From contig NC_043000.1 in assembly GCF_006345805.1 (NCBI RefSeq), positions 90,148,001-90,212,000 of the forward strand: 64,000 nt of DNA. Reading direction: 5' to 3'. The DNA is from Octopus sinensis. Its lineage: Eukaryota. A program made the translations under genes and the position numbers. The notes under the pieces were generated by a model. It ran no database searches. It was given only the letters and a program-made list of their open reading frames with translations, and had not been told where the DNA came from. Below are positions 26,399-39,545 of this stretch, one piece after another. Within the stretch, counting starts at the first letter, position 1. Every line of letters begins with the position of its first letter.

Positions 26399-27169
26399 GT
26401 AAGTTAGTATGTTTGAGAATGTAATACAGCTTTGATGTTAATAAAGCTGCTTTGGTTCTGTTCTGGTATCAACACAGTATACCTATAGAAAACTATTGTA
26501 ATCTTTTCTTTTTATTTCTTTCTCACTTTTGACGTTTGTTTGTCATATTTGCAAATTATTTTCAAAGTGTTACTAATTTATTGTTTTCTCCAACATAAAT
26601 TACCATCTATTTTTATTCGAATCTAATGTATTTGTTGCACTTACATTGCACATCAAACAAAATCATCATTTAACATCCTTGTTTCATGGGTCAGACAGCT
26701 TAGCGCAATCTTACAAATCCAAGGACTGCCTGATGATCCACTCTCTATTTTGGCATGGTTTCTACAACTGGGTGCCCATCCTATCACCAACCAATTTACA
26801 GCATGCATTAGATGTCTTTGTGTTTGTGGCAGCAGCTCTAGTGAGGTCATTATGCAGCTTGCAAAACTACGAACCCAGAGGGGGTGGCTTTATGCAAGTA
26901 AATGAAGGGTTAAAATATGAGGGAAGACAGTAGAGCAGAACAGGTTTCTTGCTGTAGAGGAGTTACATGGTTACTCACATTTTAGAGGAGAAGGTGGGAG
27001 TGAGCAGGATGGAGTTAAAGTTATAAAGTAATGATGATGATAGGTTTGGGTGGGTCCTTGAGGCATGAGGTAAGTACAAGTGAGTGGGGACAGGGAAAAA
27101 ATGGGAACATGGGTGAGATGTTGCAAAAGTTCATGGGAGTGTAAGAAATGGGAGTGTAAGAGGGTTTCT

Positions 27170-27985
27170 ATAATGTAGAACAAATGATGAGGGGGAGGTA
27201 GGGAAGAGAAGGTGACAAATCCAGTTAAAATTGCAGGTTTTATTTCCATTGCAAACAATCATTTTGTGTGTATGTTTTTTTGTTAAGAGCTGAATTTGCT
27301 GTCAAAGGTTTTACCATAGTTTATTTGAAGATATCTAAAGTTTAGTACAAAAATGTAGAATAAAGAAAATAAATATAAATAACAGCTTATTATAACTTTG
27401 TTATAAATTATTGCTTATAAGTGAATTGAGATGGATAATAGTGTTACTATAATGAACAGGTGGTGAGGAATTAGGGAAGAGTAGATGATAAATTCATTTA
27501 AAATCCTATGTTTTATTTTCATAGCAAACAGCATTCATAGTGTGTACATTTTTGTTAAGAGCTGAATTTGCCATCAAAGGTCTTACCATAGTTTATTTGA
27601 AAATATCTAAAGTTTAGTACAAAAATGTAATCAGAAAAATAAATATGAATAACAACTTATAATAATTTTAGGTTATACACTATTGAACTATTGCTTTTAG
27701 CTGATTTGAGATAAGCGACAGGTAAGAGTGTTATAATGAACAGGTAATGAGGTAGGGAAGAGTAGGTGATAAATTAATTTGAAATCGTTTTATTTTCATT
27801 GCAAACAGTATTCATTTTTTTGTGTATGTGTGTTTTTTTTAAGAGCTGAATTTGCTGTCAAAGGTCTTAACATAGTTTATTTGAAAATATCTAAAATTTA
27901 GAGAAAAATGAAGAATTAGAAAAATAAATATAAATAGCAGCTTATAACTTTACATTATAAACTTGCTTATAGCTAAATTGACTTT
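27170..27985 (+). repeat. Tandem repeat, ~3 copies of a ~275-283-bp unit
   Basis: TAAGAGCTGAATTTGC...CATAGTTTATTTGAA recurs at ~27284, ~27557 and ~27840. Confidence 0.88.
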
Positions 27986-28511
27986 GATGGTTAGCATAGT
28001 TATCATCATCTTTTAATGTCTGGATTTAGATTGGATGTTTTGGCAGGATCTGACAAGCAAAAGGACTGCATTGTGTTCCACTTTGGCATTATTTCAGTAG
28101 CTAGATGTCTTTCATAATGCCAACCACATTACAAAGGGTACCAGATGCTTTTCTTATGGTATTGATACTGACAAGGTCACCAAGTAACTGGCAAAACCAA
28201 ATTCCTTGACATAGTGCGGGTACAGTATCGAGGAAGTCAGCTTTGTGGCATGTATTGAGAAGCTAAAGTATGATAGAGGGGCAGGAACAGATATCTTGCT
28301 GTACAGGGGATACATGGCTACCCCTGCAGGACAGGGAGAAAGGATTGTGGAGATAAGATGTTGGGGTATACCATCAAGATACAAGGTGGATAAAGAGGGA
28401 TTCACATAAATTTGTTGTGAAACCTTGAAGAGTAAAAGAATTATTATTGATGGTAGGGATTTCCTGACATATTTATAACTGTGGATTAGCAAGCTTGTTT
28501 TAATTTTTCAG

Positions 28512-28575
28512 ATTGACCAAAAGTGCGAAGCTACAGAAATATTGAAACTTGTACATAAAAGTTTTAGAAAATGCT
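28512..28575 (+). CDS. TENT2: GLD-2 coding exon 5
   Basis: IDQKCEATEILKLVHKSFRKC (cf. human VNQKTEARHILTLVHKHF); CAG acceptor, GTAAGT donor. Confidence 0.93.
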
Positions 28576-28767
28576 GTAAGTAGTTATCTATTTGGGTTTG
28601 CAATCCCTTTTAAATTAGTTTAGTTTTCTTCTTTGTCTCTTCCAAACTGAATCACAATTATTTTCTCAAAACTACTAATAAAATAAATCTATAATACATT
28701 TTCGAAGAATGTTTTGAAAACAATTTCTCAATTTATTGATGTACTTTTTTTTTCCCCCCACTCCCAG

Positions 28768-28834
28768 CATTCATAACATCCTCACAGGTAATCAAAGCCA
28801 AAGTTCCAATACTCAAATTCTGGGATGATATTAG
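28768..28834 (+). CDS. TENT2: GLD-2 coding exon 6
   Basis: (S)FITSSQVIKAKVPILKFWDDI with the conserved AKVPI.KF motif; CAG acceptor, GTAAGA donor. Confidence 0.93.
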
Positions 28835-29711
28835 GTAAGAACATTTGAGTTTTTTTTTTTTTCATTATTTATTAGTGGGTAAAATTCTTTGACCCATTTT
28901 TTACTATATTTCTGTTGATATATCTTTGTTTCAATTAGTTTTGAAAATAATAAAAGATTTATTAGTAATTTAGTCATTATTAAGCTGTTATTTTGGGTAG
29001 TTGGAATTGTGATGGAAGGTTTTTAGATGACTTTAAAACGAGAAGCTTGTATCATAGAACTGGGGGCAGAATTAGGCAGGTTGTATCAAAAGGATTAACC
29101 TGTTTTCATGTAAAAGACATAAATTTGCATCAATTTATTACTAAGTATAGAATATCTTTATTTCTATTAAAAGCAACTCTCTTTTCCCAATCATACTCAT
29201 GTAACACTGGGGCAATCAGTCATCTTGTTCTCTTTATCTGGTAGGTTGTAGTGTCTACTATGTAAAACTACAAATGATAAATTCCTGTTAATTCCTTGTG
29301 TGTGTGTGTATGAGAGAGAGAGAGAATAGGTAGATAATTTTATATGTGTGCATGTCATTAGCATTCATATGTATGTGTATATGGGAGGTTGTATGATAAA
29401 AAATGAGTTTATGTTTGATTTGTAATGTTTCCAATTAGTGGATGAAGTAAATATGTATAGGAGAGATCTATAGAGATGCTTTTCTGAAGAACAACAATTG
29501 GAAAAAATATTTAGTACAAAGACTAAATGATTCAGGAATATATGATGGCTGCTACAACCAAAATTTATACTCATAGAACAAATGTTTGAGAAAAGAAAAA
29601 AATATGAAATAAAAAAAAACGTATGTTTTTTGAGTTTTTTTTCCCCCCTAAATTCAAAAGTTTGATTTGATAGCAACATACCTAAAAGTAAATTTTTGTA
29701 CTTTTTTTCAG

Positions 29712-29788
29712 CAATGTTGAATGTGACTTGAACATAAACAATTCTGTTGGCATTCGAAATACACATCTTTTAAAGGCCTATGCTAGTG
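29712..29788 (+). CDS. TENT2: GLD-2 coding exon 7 (third catalytic Asp)
   Basis: (S)NVECDLNINNSVGIRNTHLLKAYAS; CAG acceptor, GTATGC donor. Confidence 0.95.
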
Positions 29789-30361
29789 GTATGCATTCAA
29801 TCTGTTCTTCCCTAGTTTTTTTTTTTCTCCTCTACATTTGTGAATTTCCTTCTACAAATGTAATTTAGAATTAGGAGGTTTTTTTTTTTTGGTTGTTTTT
29901 TTTTTTCGATATCTTATTAGAAATGTCATTTAATAATGTGTTGGTTTTCATCAGTCTGAGAAAGAAATCATTTGACAAAAATTTTTAATTGTTGCTACAT
30001 TAATTTAACATATATTCTCATTTTCTGACTGATTTTGTAGACATATGTCTGCCTTATAAGTATACAAAACATTTTGATTCCTGTAAAGTTTCATATTTGG
30101 CATTATTCTCATAATTATATGTCTGAGATGCTGTTAAGATAAATTTTTCCTTTCTACTAACTATCTTTGGTGATGCAAAATTGTTTTTTTACAATACTTT
30201 CATCTACACTAGATTTGAATCCAGTCCTTAACTGTGCATACATTCAAGAATAAGACTACTAAAACAAGCTACATATATCAGTGATTTAATACAATATAGC
30301 ATTATTATCCCTTACATCAGTATCATTTAACATCCATGTTCCATGCTAGCATGGTTTAGAC

Positions 30362-30651
30362 CAGGGCTGGCCAACCTGAGGCCTGCAGACTGCTTGATAC
30401 TTTCTTGAAGTATTGTGTTTAATTTCAAAATAAAACTGTTTGTGTAAAACATTTGTTTCAAAATAAATTAAAAATTTATTAGTGGCAATAAAGCAATAGC
30501 CTACAATTTTAATTTTAAAGAAACGAAAAGTGTGAAAAATTCTTGATTCTGCAATTTATTTGCCTATTAGTGCATAAAGTATATAAGTGGCCCTCAAAAA
30601 CCTTTCTGTGATTAAAGTGGCCTACAATGTAATTTGAGTTGGTCAGATTTG
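30362..30651. mobile_element. hAT-Charlie-type MITE inserted in a SINE
   Basis: Starts CAGGGCTGGCCAAC, has a degenerate complementary end, and an 8-bp TSD GTTTAGAC/ATTTAGAC. Confidence 0.75.
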
Positions 30652-32007
30652 ATTTAGACAGTTTGATGGGATGCAGTGGATCTGAAGTCTGCATCAGGCA
30701 GCAATGTCTACTTTGACATGGTGTCTACAGCTGGATGCCCTTCCTAATGCCAACCAATTTACAGAATGTAGTTGCTGCTATTTTGGTGTCATCAGCATTT
30801 GTGAGGTTGCCATGCAGTCTGCAAAACTATGGTCTTGACTTTAAGCTGTGGGATGAGGGATTAAAGTGAAAGAGAAGGGACCAGAATGGAACTGGTTTCT
30901 TGGTGTAGAGGAGCTACATGGCCACTCACATAGAAGAGTGGGTGGGAATTGCATGGACAAAGCTGGGAAATGGTAAAAGTACTGGTGATGAGATATCAAG
31001 GTGGACCCTCAAAATATGCGGTGAGAAGTGAGTAGGGACTTGAAAACAGGTGGTGTGGATGGGCAGAGGTTGCATGAATATATGGGTGATTGAGAGAGGG
31101 ATTAGTTCGGGGTGAATATAATGAAGGGCAAGTGTTGAGGGATGATGAAGAGGGTAGCAGCTGTAACCAATGATACAGTTGTTTTGAAAGGAGGAAGTGG
31201 AGGGGAAATGACTGATAGTGCAGAAAAGGATGAGGTTGGAGAATAGTAATAGTTATAATATAGTTGACAGGAAAAGAATAAGAGAAAAAAAAGAGGAGCG
31301 ATGGTGTTTGGTTGGGTAGGTTGTTAGTGTGGTGCAAGGGTATTGAATGAGGAGTAAGAGATATTTGGTGGTAGAATCATTTCCATCTTTCATTCTTAAT
31401 ACTGCCCTCTCCTCTCACATTCTATATTGATCACCTTCCTGAGTCACCACATTATTTCTCTTCCACTACCATATTCCCTAGCTCAGAAATAAAGTTTCTC
31501 TAAGAGCAAGCTGCCAATGAATGTCAGAGATCAGACTTATAAAAATTTAGTGAAGACACAAATATTGGTTTCACATTTTGGTATACAGCAATTTCTGATG
31601 GGGAAGGGTAAGTCAATTACATTGACCTCACTAGTGCTCAGCTGGTTTGTTATTACACTCACCCCCAAAAAATGACAAGCAAAGTTGACTTAGGCAGAAT
31701 GTGAAGGCAGATGAAATGCTGCTAGCATTTCACCCAGCATGCTAATGATTCTGCCAGCTTGCTACCTTAGTGTAGATACAAATATTAAAATCTGTTTCAT
31801 CTCTCTGAAAAATTAGTATCTTCTAATTGATTTACATTTTTTTTTCTTGTGTGTATATATTTTTATTTCTTTTTTTACTTAATGGTCATTGAATAAATTA
31901 AATTGTATGTAATAGTTATCAGTATTAGTTGTTTTTACAACACTAGAAATAAGAACTTATTCACTCAGATGGAAATAAATTATCATAATGTTATCATTTC
32001 TGTTTAG

Positions 32008-32136
32008 TGGATTGGCGTGTACGACCTCTAGTCCTCTTCATTAAATACTGGTCCCGTTTTCATGACATCAATGATGCTCGGAAGCAAACAATATCAAGTT
32101 ACTCGTTAGGTCTCATGGTCATTCACTATCTACAAT
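32008..32136 (+). CDS. TENT2: GLD-2 coding exon 8
   Basis: (V)DWRVRPLVLFIKYWSRFHDINDARKQTISSYSLGLMVIHYLQ; TAG acceptor, GTAAGT donor. Confidence 0.96.
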
Positions 32137-32144
32137 GTAAGTAC

Positions 32145-32191
<47 letters not shown>

Positions 32192-33086
32192 ATATATATA
32201 ATTATCATTTGTTTATTCTCTTCTGTGAATTTGAAATGTAGTTGGAGTTTTTTTTTTCCATTTCATTGTGTGTTCTTTGTTGATAATGCCATTTCATTTA
32301 TTCTGTTTTTCAACTCTAGAAAACAGGATACTCTCTGTCTGACTAATCGATCTGCTAGAGAAGCAGCCAAATTTCCCTTGAATCTTACTCTGCCATTTTA
32401 AAGATATAAAGAGTCCCAGATACACTTGATACATCTCTTTGATCACAGCAGGGATGCTTTTGATCATAGATCTGCTCAATTAGGGCCAACTTAGAGCTTA
32501 AACACCACCACCACCCTCACAAATACAGGGAGATTTTCATAAAGTTTGAAATAACATAACTAATTGGTGTACTTTCTTACTCCAACTACACAGTTGAAAG
32601 GAAGCATAACATAAACTTTGTCCTGTTTTTACTAATGTTGCATTATCAAAGATTTCTTGTGACAATTTTGCTATTAGATAGATTTTTATTTTCACCATTA
32701 TAAATCTTTTTCTCTTTAATTTTCCTGAAGTCGCTGACATCAAGCAGTGTTTATTTTGTTGTCATGTCTCCTGCCAACAAATCATCTGCTTGCTTCATGC
32801 CTTCAAAGATTTGTCTATTGAGTGATTCCTTATTTAAAAAACAGACAAGAGTTGGTGACAGGAAGAGTATTCATCTGTAAAACTATTTCTCAATAAAATA
32901 AAGCCAACTCATGCTAGCATGGAGAAACAGATATCATCATCATCATCGTTTAACGTCCGTTTTCCACGCTAGCACGGGTAGAAAAAACAAACAAACAAAA
33001 AAATTTTGAGACTTTGCATACTATGAGTTATGTATTTTGCAATATTTCACTAAGTACCTATACTGTATTATTATTTTTTTTTTCAG

Positions 33087-33133
33087 ATGGTTGTTCTCAA
33101 CCCGTGTTACCGGTGTTGCAAAAACTCTATCCA
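33087..33133 (+). CDS. TENT2: GLD-2 coding exon 9
   Basis: (Y)GCSQPVLPVLQKLYP (cf. human PILPSLQKIYP); CAG acceptor, GTATGT donor. Confidence 0.92.
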
Positions 33134-33339
33134 GTATGTTTTCAATTGATTTTATGTATTATTTCGCATTCAATTCATTATAAGGCACAGCCTCACAGTT
33201 TCTTGTTCTTTAGCCAATACTCAAAAATATGCCAACATGATTTACAACACCTTAAAGATTAGCTTCTTATTCTAAATCATTGGCACCAAAGGAAAATATT
33301 GTAAAATATCCAGTTCAGTGTTTTCATCTCCATTATATA

Positions 33340-33820
33340 CCGTAAATCCTCGAGTATAGTCCGCCCTTGAGTATAATATGCAGGGGATTTTTATGGGACT
33401 GTACTTCTGAAAAACCTAAACCTTGTGTATAAAACGCACCCCTTCTCTAACTTGAGTCAAGGAGGTCTATATAACGTCCTTTATTATTATTGTATATATA
33501 ACATGATGCACCCATGTAGCTTTTTTGTGCATTTTGTTTGCAGAAAATAAAGAAATAACAGTAATAACGTTTAATAAATGTTGCTTACTGCATGTTATGG
33601 ATGATTCTTTTATGACTTCATTGCTTTCTGGCTTAGCTTAAGGTATTTTCGCGCCCGACATCACAAAATGCATCTGAATAAACATCGCCAGACAGCAAAT
33701 AGAGACTCGGACATTGCTTAGAAAATAATTTTCATTTTTAACCTCGTATATAGTACGCACTAGAGATTTTGACCTTTAAATTTTGGGGAAAAAATGCAGA
33801 TTATACTCAAGGATTTACAG
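33340..33820. mobile_element. pogo/Tigger-type MITE
   Basis: TIRs CCGTAAATCCTCGAGTATAGTC / GATTATACTCAAGGATTTACAG with a TA duplication on both sides. Confidence 0.88.
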
Positions 33821-35594
33821 TACTCAATTTTTCGCGTCTCCACTCAAACTTCTTTCTGTCTTTCCCAAAGATAAACAAAGTTGTCAAATCTTTGAAGTAA
33901 ACATCATCATTGTCATTTTCATTTAATGTCTGATTTCTATGCTGACATGGGGTGGATGGTTTGAAGGGATCTGACAAGTTGCAGGGCTTTGCTGAGTTCC
34001 AGTGTCAGCTTTAGCATGGTTTCCAGAGCTGGATGTTCTTCCTAATGCCAACCACTACAGTGCTTTTATCATGCCACTGGCACTAGTGAGTTTACCAACT
34101 TGCAAAACAAAATGACAAAAAAAAAGCTCCCGCTACTATGTGAGGGTGTGTAGTTGAGGTAGCTTTATGGCAAATATTGAAAGGATTTACATGGATACCA
34201 TACATTATATGGATGGGAGTAGTTGAAAAGGAGATAAAGGTGATGAGTGATGAAGTGCTAAAGCATACTCACAATGTACATGACAGTCAGCATAAGAGAG
34301 GATATAGACAGTGGGTCACATGAGGGGATAGTAACATAGGGTTAGAACTGTATTAGAAATGCTGCTTGCCCTTTTGTAGAAATAGCTTATGAACTTTATT
34401 CACTTCACATTCTACAAAGTTGACATTTCTATTGTTATTTCAATTAAGTTCATTTTCATTTCAAAAAAGCTGTCAAACCAGAAATACATCTTGTACTATA
34501 CAGGGGTTTTTTTTTTTTTTGCGGGTGACAAGGAAGTGTGACATTGATTTATAATATCTAAAAGAGATAAAATTGTTCATTTTTTTAATCTTTATAATAA
34601 TATAATTTTAAAAAATCAAACACTAATTTTTTTTTTAATGATCTTTATAGGAATATAATTAAAAAAATTGATTTTTGTCCATGCTTTGGACATGTCTGCA
34701 ATTTTTACAAGAATGTCCAAACCATAGACAAAAATCAAACACTATTTTTTTTGTAATCTTTATAGCAATATAATTTTTAAAATATTTATATCATGTTTGA
34801 TTTTTGTCCATGCTTTGGTCATGTCTGCAATTTTTGAAAGAATGTCTAGTTCAACTGTTTTGATACCATCTTGCCCTAAACTGCCCTTGCTTTTACAATA
34901 CCTACTCACTTGAAGCCACCTTTGCTTCTAAGATATAAATTTGCTTTGTAAAAATGATCTGCATCATAGCTTGCTATCAAACTTTCATGTTAACCTATTA
35001 GCATTTAAACCAGCCTTATACAGCTCAAATATTCAACCTGTTTTATATTAAAACTGGCCAGATCCAGCCACTCACACTTACCCTACAGTATCACATCTTA
35101 TAACTTCGAGATTTCGATGAAGTCATTGTTTATTTTTTAGAATGACATTGTAGGGCAGGTTTGAGAAATTGGATCTCACCAGTTTGAACGTAATACAGGT
35201 AGAATATTTGGGCCAGATATGGCCAGTTTAAACACTGAAGAGTTCAATTCTTCATTTTCTTCAAAATTAGTGCTTGCTAGCTTTTTTTTTTATTCTTTAC
35301 ATTCCAAGTTCAAATCCTACCAAGGTCCTCTTTGCCTTTTATCCTTACAGGGTTAATAAAATAAAGTACTAATCAAAACTGAGTAACTGCCTTCCCCCTG
35401 AAAAATTGCTGGCCTGATGCCAAAACTCAAAAGAAATATTTTCAAAATTAATTGAAACAAAGCAGTGTATTTCAACAGAAATAGTTGAATAGAGCAAATC
35501 TAGAGAATGGTTAGGATATCATAATTCTTAATGAAAATTCATCTCAATAATCTAAATCAGAATAGCATCTTTCATGGCATTAATTCACTAATTT

Positions 35595-36108
35595 CATCAT
35601 CATCATCATCGTTTAATGTCCGCTTTCCATGCTAGCATGGGTTGGACGGTTCAACTGGGGTCTGACAAGCCCGAAGGCTGCACCAGGCCAGTCAGATCTG
35701 GCAGTGTTTCTACAGCTGGATGCCCTTCCTAACGCCAACCACTCCGAGAGTGTAGTGGGTGATTTTATGTGCCACCGACACAGGTGCCAGACGAGGCTGG
35801 CAGACGGCCATGCTCGGATGGTGTTTTTTATGTGCCACCGACACAGGTGCCAGACGAGGCTGGCAGACGGCCATGCTCGGATGGTGTTTTTTATGTGCCA
35901 CCGACACAGGTGCCAGACGAGGCTGGCTGACGGCAACACTCGGATGGTGTTTTCTTATGTGTCACTGACACAGGTGCCAGGCGAGGCTGGCGGACGGCCA
36001 CGCTCAGATGGTGTTTGTTACGTGCCCTCAGCACGGAGGCCAGTCGTTGCGGTACTGGCTACGGTCACGTTCGGATGGTTTTCTTATGTGCCACCGGCAC
36101 TGGTACCT
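35595..36108 (-). mobile_element. SINE with (ATG)n tail and internal 63-bp tandem array (~5.5 units, 35763-36105)
   Basis: Tail CATCATCATCGTTTAATGTCCGCTTTCCATGC is shared with other copies (e.g. 62529-62805). Unit starts at 35767, 35830, 35893, 35957, 36020, 36086. Confidence 0.88.
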
Positions 36109-36463
36109 TTGTAGCTAAAATATCAGCAAATTTGAGAATATAGCATTTTTTTTTTGATTAACCATTTGAATTATGAATGCCCCATTTCTATTGTAAATAT
36201 CTGCTAATAAATTTGCTGTATTACATATAGGTGTTTAAATTTAATGCCCATCCAAAGGATACATTTAAATGTTAAAATACAACACTTGAAAGTAACATGA
36301 TAATATAAATGTCAATGCTTGTAGAAAATTGAAATCAAAACTAGGGCTTATAGTGTGTAGAACTCAAAGCTATATTGACAATAATGCATCTCGTGTGTAT
36401 ATGAAACTTTGTGGAGTTGAGTCAGCATGTTATTAAATATTTACAACTTCATATTGAGTGCTA

Positions 36464-37753
36464 CGAGGGACGTTCAATAAGTAATGCTCCTGACCCACTT
36501 CCCATAGCTGTAGAGCAATGAAACTTGGCACAGTTATTAGTCTTTTTCCACATAGAAACCACCCAGTTACGCATTTCTCCCATCGTTTAATGCATCTCTG
36601 GAGACCGTTTTTGTAGAAGACCCCAGCTTGGTCCTTCAATCACGACATGACTTCAGAAATCAAGGCTGCATCATCTGGGAAATGCTTTCCTTTCAAAAAC
36701 AACTTCATGGCTGGGAAGAGGTGAAAATCAGAGGGTGCAAGGTGAGGAGAGTAGGGGGATGGGGGAGGAGTTCATAGCCGCACGCCTGTGCTTCTGATCT
36801 GGCGACTCGCGAGTTGTGGACCAGAGCGTTGTCCTGCAGGAGGAGGATGCCTTTGCTGATCTTGCCCCGCCTCTTGATTTTGATAGCTTCTCTTAATTTC
36901 CTCAAAAGTGAAGCATAATAGGCTCCTGTAATTGTGGTACCCTTTGCCAGGAAATCTGTCATCACTACTCCGCCCTGGTCCCAAAAGACTGTGAGCATGA
37001 CCTTGCCAGCGGAGGGCTGCACCCATGCCTTCTTTGGAGGAGGTGAGTCACGGTGCTTCCACTGCATTGACTGGGCTTTGGTCTCTGGATCATAGTGATG
37101 GACCCAGGTTTCATCCTGTGTAATCAGTCTTTTGAAAAATTTTGACTCATCTTCTTGGCACATCACCAAATTCATCCTCAAGCACTTGACGCGTTCTTGC
37201 TTCTGGAAAGGTGTGAGCAACCTGGGAATCAATCTGGCAGACACCTTTTGCATATGCAAATGGTCATGAATGATAGTTTCCATAGACCCGGTACTAATCT
37301 TGACCTCTTGGGCTATTTGGCGAATAGTTATGTGTCGATCTTCCAAAATGGCAACCTTAACTTGACGGACAGATGCCTCATCAATGGCAGAAGCGGGGCG
37401 ACTAGATCTGGGAGCTGTTTTCACAGAGTTCCGACCATGTTTGAATTCATGATGCCAGCGTTTTACAAGGTCATATGATAGGGCATCATCACCATAAGTT
37501 ACTTTCATTTCATCAAAAGTCTCCCGTGGTGTGCGTCCTTTCAAATACAAAAACCGGATCACTACTCGACACTCAGCAGGCTCCATTTCACACTTGATTC
37601 AGTTCAAACACCTGTAAATCAGAAACCACAATTAGTTCAGAGCTGTAATTTGCCACTTAATCTATAGAGATATAAATAATTGCACATGCAAAATTTCAGC
37701 TAGATCAAACAACTGCAAGTGGGTCAGGGGTATTACTTATTGAACGCCCCTCG
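36464..37753 (-). mobile_element. Full-length mariner transposon (irritans/Hsmar2-like) with nearly intact transposase (37586-36537, two frameshifts)
   Basis: TIRs CGAGGG(A/G)CGTTCAATAAGTAAT with TA TSD on both sides. 293-aa ORF with TQDETW and QDNA; YSPHLAPSDFHLF continues in another frame. Confidence 0.96.
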
Positions 37754-38480
37754 TACTATCTTATTTGTCTACTTGTGTTTGTGTTATAATTAAACCTGAT
37801 TTATGTTGCTGCTGTTGCTTGGAGAGATTCTAAGCTGATCAAATTAATAGGTGGTCACAGTACTTGTCAGAAGATATTCACTAGTAGATGCTTATCTCTC
37901 ACTAGCCCTACCCAGGAAGCTGTGAAAATAAAAAGGTATAAATTGCCACTATGTGATGTAGGAGCACTGTTTAATTGACAGGTGTTTTCTTTTAATAATT
38001 AACTAAAATAATGCAATGTATGTAATTAAGAGGTAGGGAGGTTTTTACTTCTACTGATTTGCTGTAAATACAATGTAAGAATTCACTGCCATTGGTCACT
38101 GGATTGTAGAACTCTGTATTTGTTACATTGCTGTTATAAGTTTTAACCCTTTGCCTGTCCTGTGTAGCACAATTGTTACATGGAACAATTTCCCTGGTGT
38201 TCACAGACATCCCAAATTTTTGTCAGCCACCAGAGTAAATTTGGATTTATGAAAGGAAAGATTTGTATTACTCAGAGTGTATGAAACAAGGACTAAAAGT
38301 CTGAAAACAAGCATGGACATTTAAGGACAAACTAGTGAAGATGCTCTGTACAGGCAAAAAGTGAAAGCTTTGTTTATTTAACAATGACAGATGTGTTCTT
38401 TTCAGTGTGTGTCTATGGTGTATGTGAATATGTGTAATTTTTTTACTCTAGATAATTCTTTCTATTGTTTCATATTGCAG

Positions 38481-38614
38481 GATGTGTTCAGCATCAAAAA
38501 CGACATCAGCTCACTACGTCTAGATGAAGATCTACCTTTGTATGAGTCTCAAAATACCGATAGTTTGGGTGACCTTTACATTGGATTCCTCAAATATTAT
38601 GCTCTTGACTTTGA
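38481..38614 (+). CDS. TENT2: GLD-2 coding exon 10
   Basis: DVFSIKNDISSLRLDEDLPLYESQNTDSLGDLYIGFLKYYALDF; CAG acceptor, GTAAGC donor. Confidence 0.95.
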
Positions 38615-38949
38615 GTAAGCTAACATTTTAATCATCCAATGAGTTGGCTTGTATTTTTGTTGTAAATATTTCACTTTGGTTACACATTTTTGGAAAAAGA
38701 CAAATATCGCATAATCTTTATTTTTCTGTTCTTTAAGTTTGAGGATGTAATTAGTGAGGTGTTCTACATAAAGTGGTGGGAAAATTTACATGATTGGTTC
38801 TGACCTCAGCCCCTTATTCTGAAAGACTTGTCTTTGTCAATGCTTACATGAGTTAGACAAAATTGTTGAGGCAGATTTACTATGCCTCACCTGCTTCCAA
38901 GCAAGTTAATATTTCCCCATGGCTTGACAGGTTTTCAGAATATTGGAAA

Positions 38950-39545
38950 CTAGCTGGTGTACCCGGTGATTCCTGGGGGTAAAGATGTTCTCAGAAGCTA
39001 TTTAAATGCCTTATTATTCTGATATAAAAAGCAATTTTGTTATAACTGCCACAAAAGGTGTATTTTCCGTCGCAAAAAAAATACAAAAAACTGTCAACTG
39101 GAGGAGGGAGAGACTTTCAGAGGTTGGCGAGAAAGATTGTCAGAGGATCGAAAAATTCGTTTTTATGCGGCTTTTTGTCCTCTCCTTACAGCCTAAGTAA
39201 AATATTTTCCTTAATATTCATCCTCATAACATTTTCCACCTGCATCTCAAATTTGGAGCGAATTGGTTGAGAAATGCAAAAGTTATTGCAAAAGAATATC
39301 TTCCTTCTGGAAATCCCCATTCAAAACTATTAATTTTTTCAAATGACTGCTGATTTGTAATTATCGATTTTTTTTTTTTTTTTTTTTTTTTTTCAACAAT
39401 CTGAGTATGCTATGAGGTTTCCAGGCACAAGTTCTACTCCTGTGTCAAGTTTCATCAAAATCAGTAAAATGATGTAGGAGGAGTTAGCTAACAACTCTGC
39501 AAACAAACATGCCCACAAACGGAATTTCCCCACATATATAGTAGA
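38950..39545 (-). mobile_element. Non-autonomous Helitron-type element 1
   Basis: 5' TCTACTATATA and 3' CCC...CGGG hairpin followed by CTAG; no TSD. Confidence 0.7.

Noticed and set aside
35613-36114. Repetitive Cys/His/Arg-rich ORFs, superficially CRISPR-like or a repeat protein
   Set aside because: 63-bp tandem units with no unique spacers, inside a SINE in eukaryotic DNA; frames are open only because of unit length.
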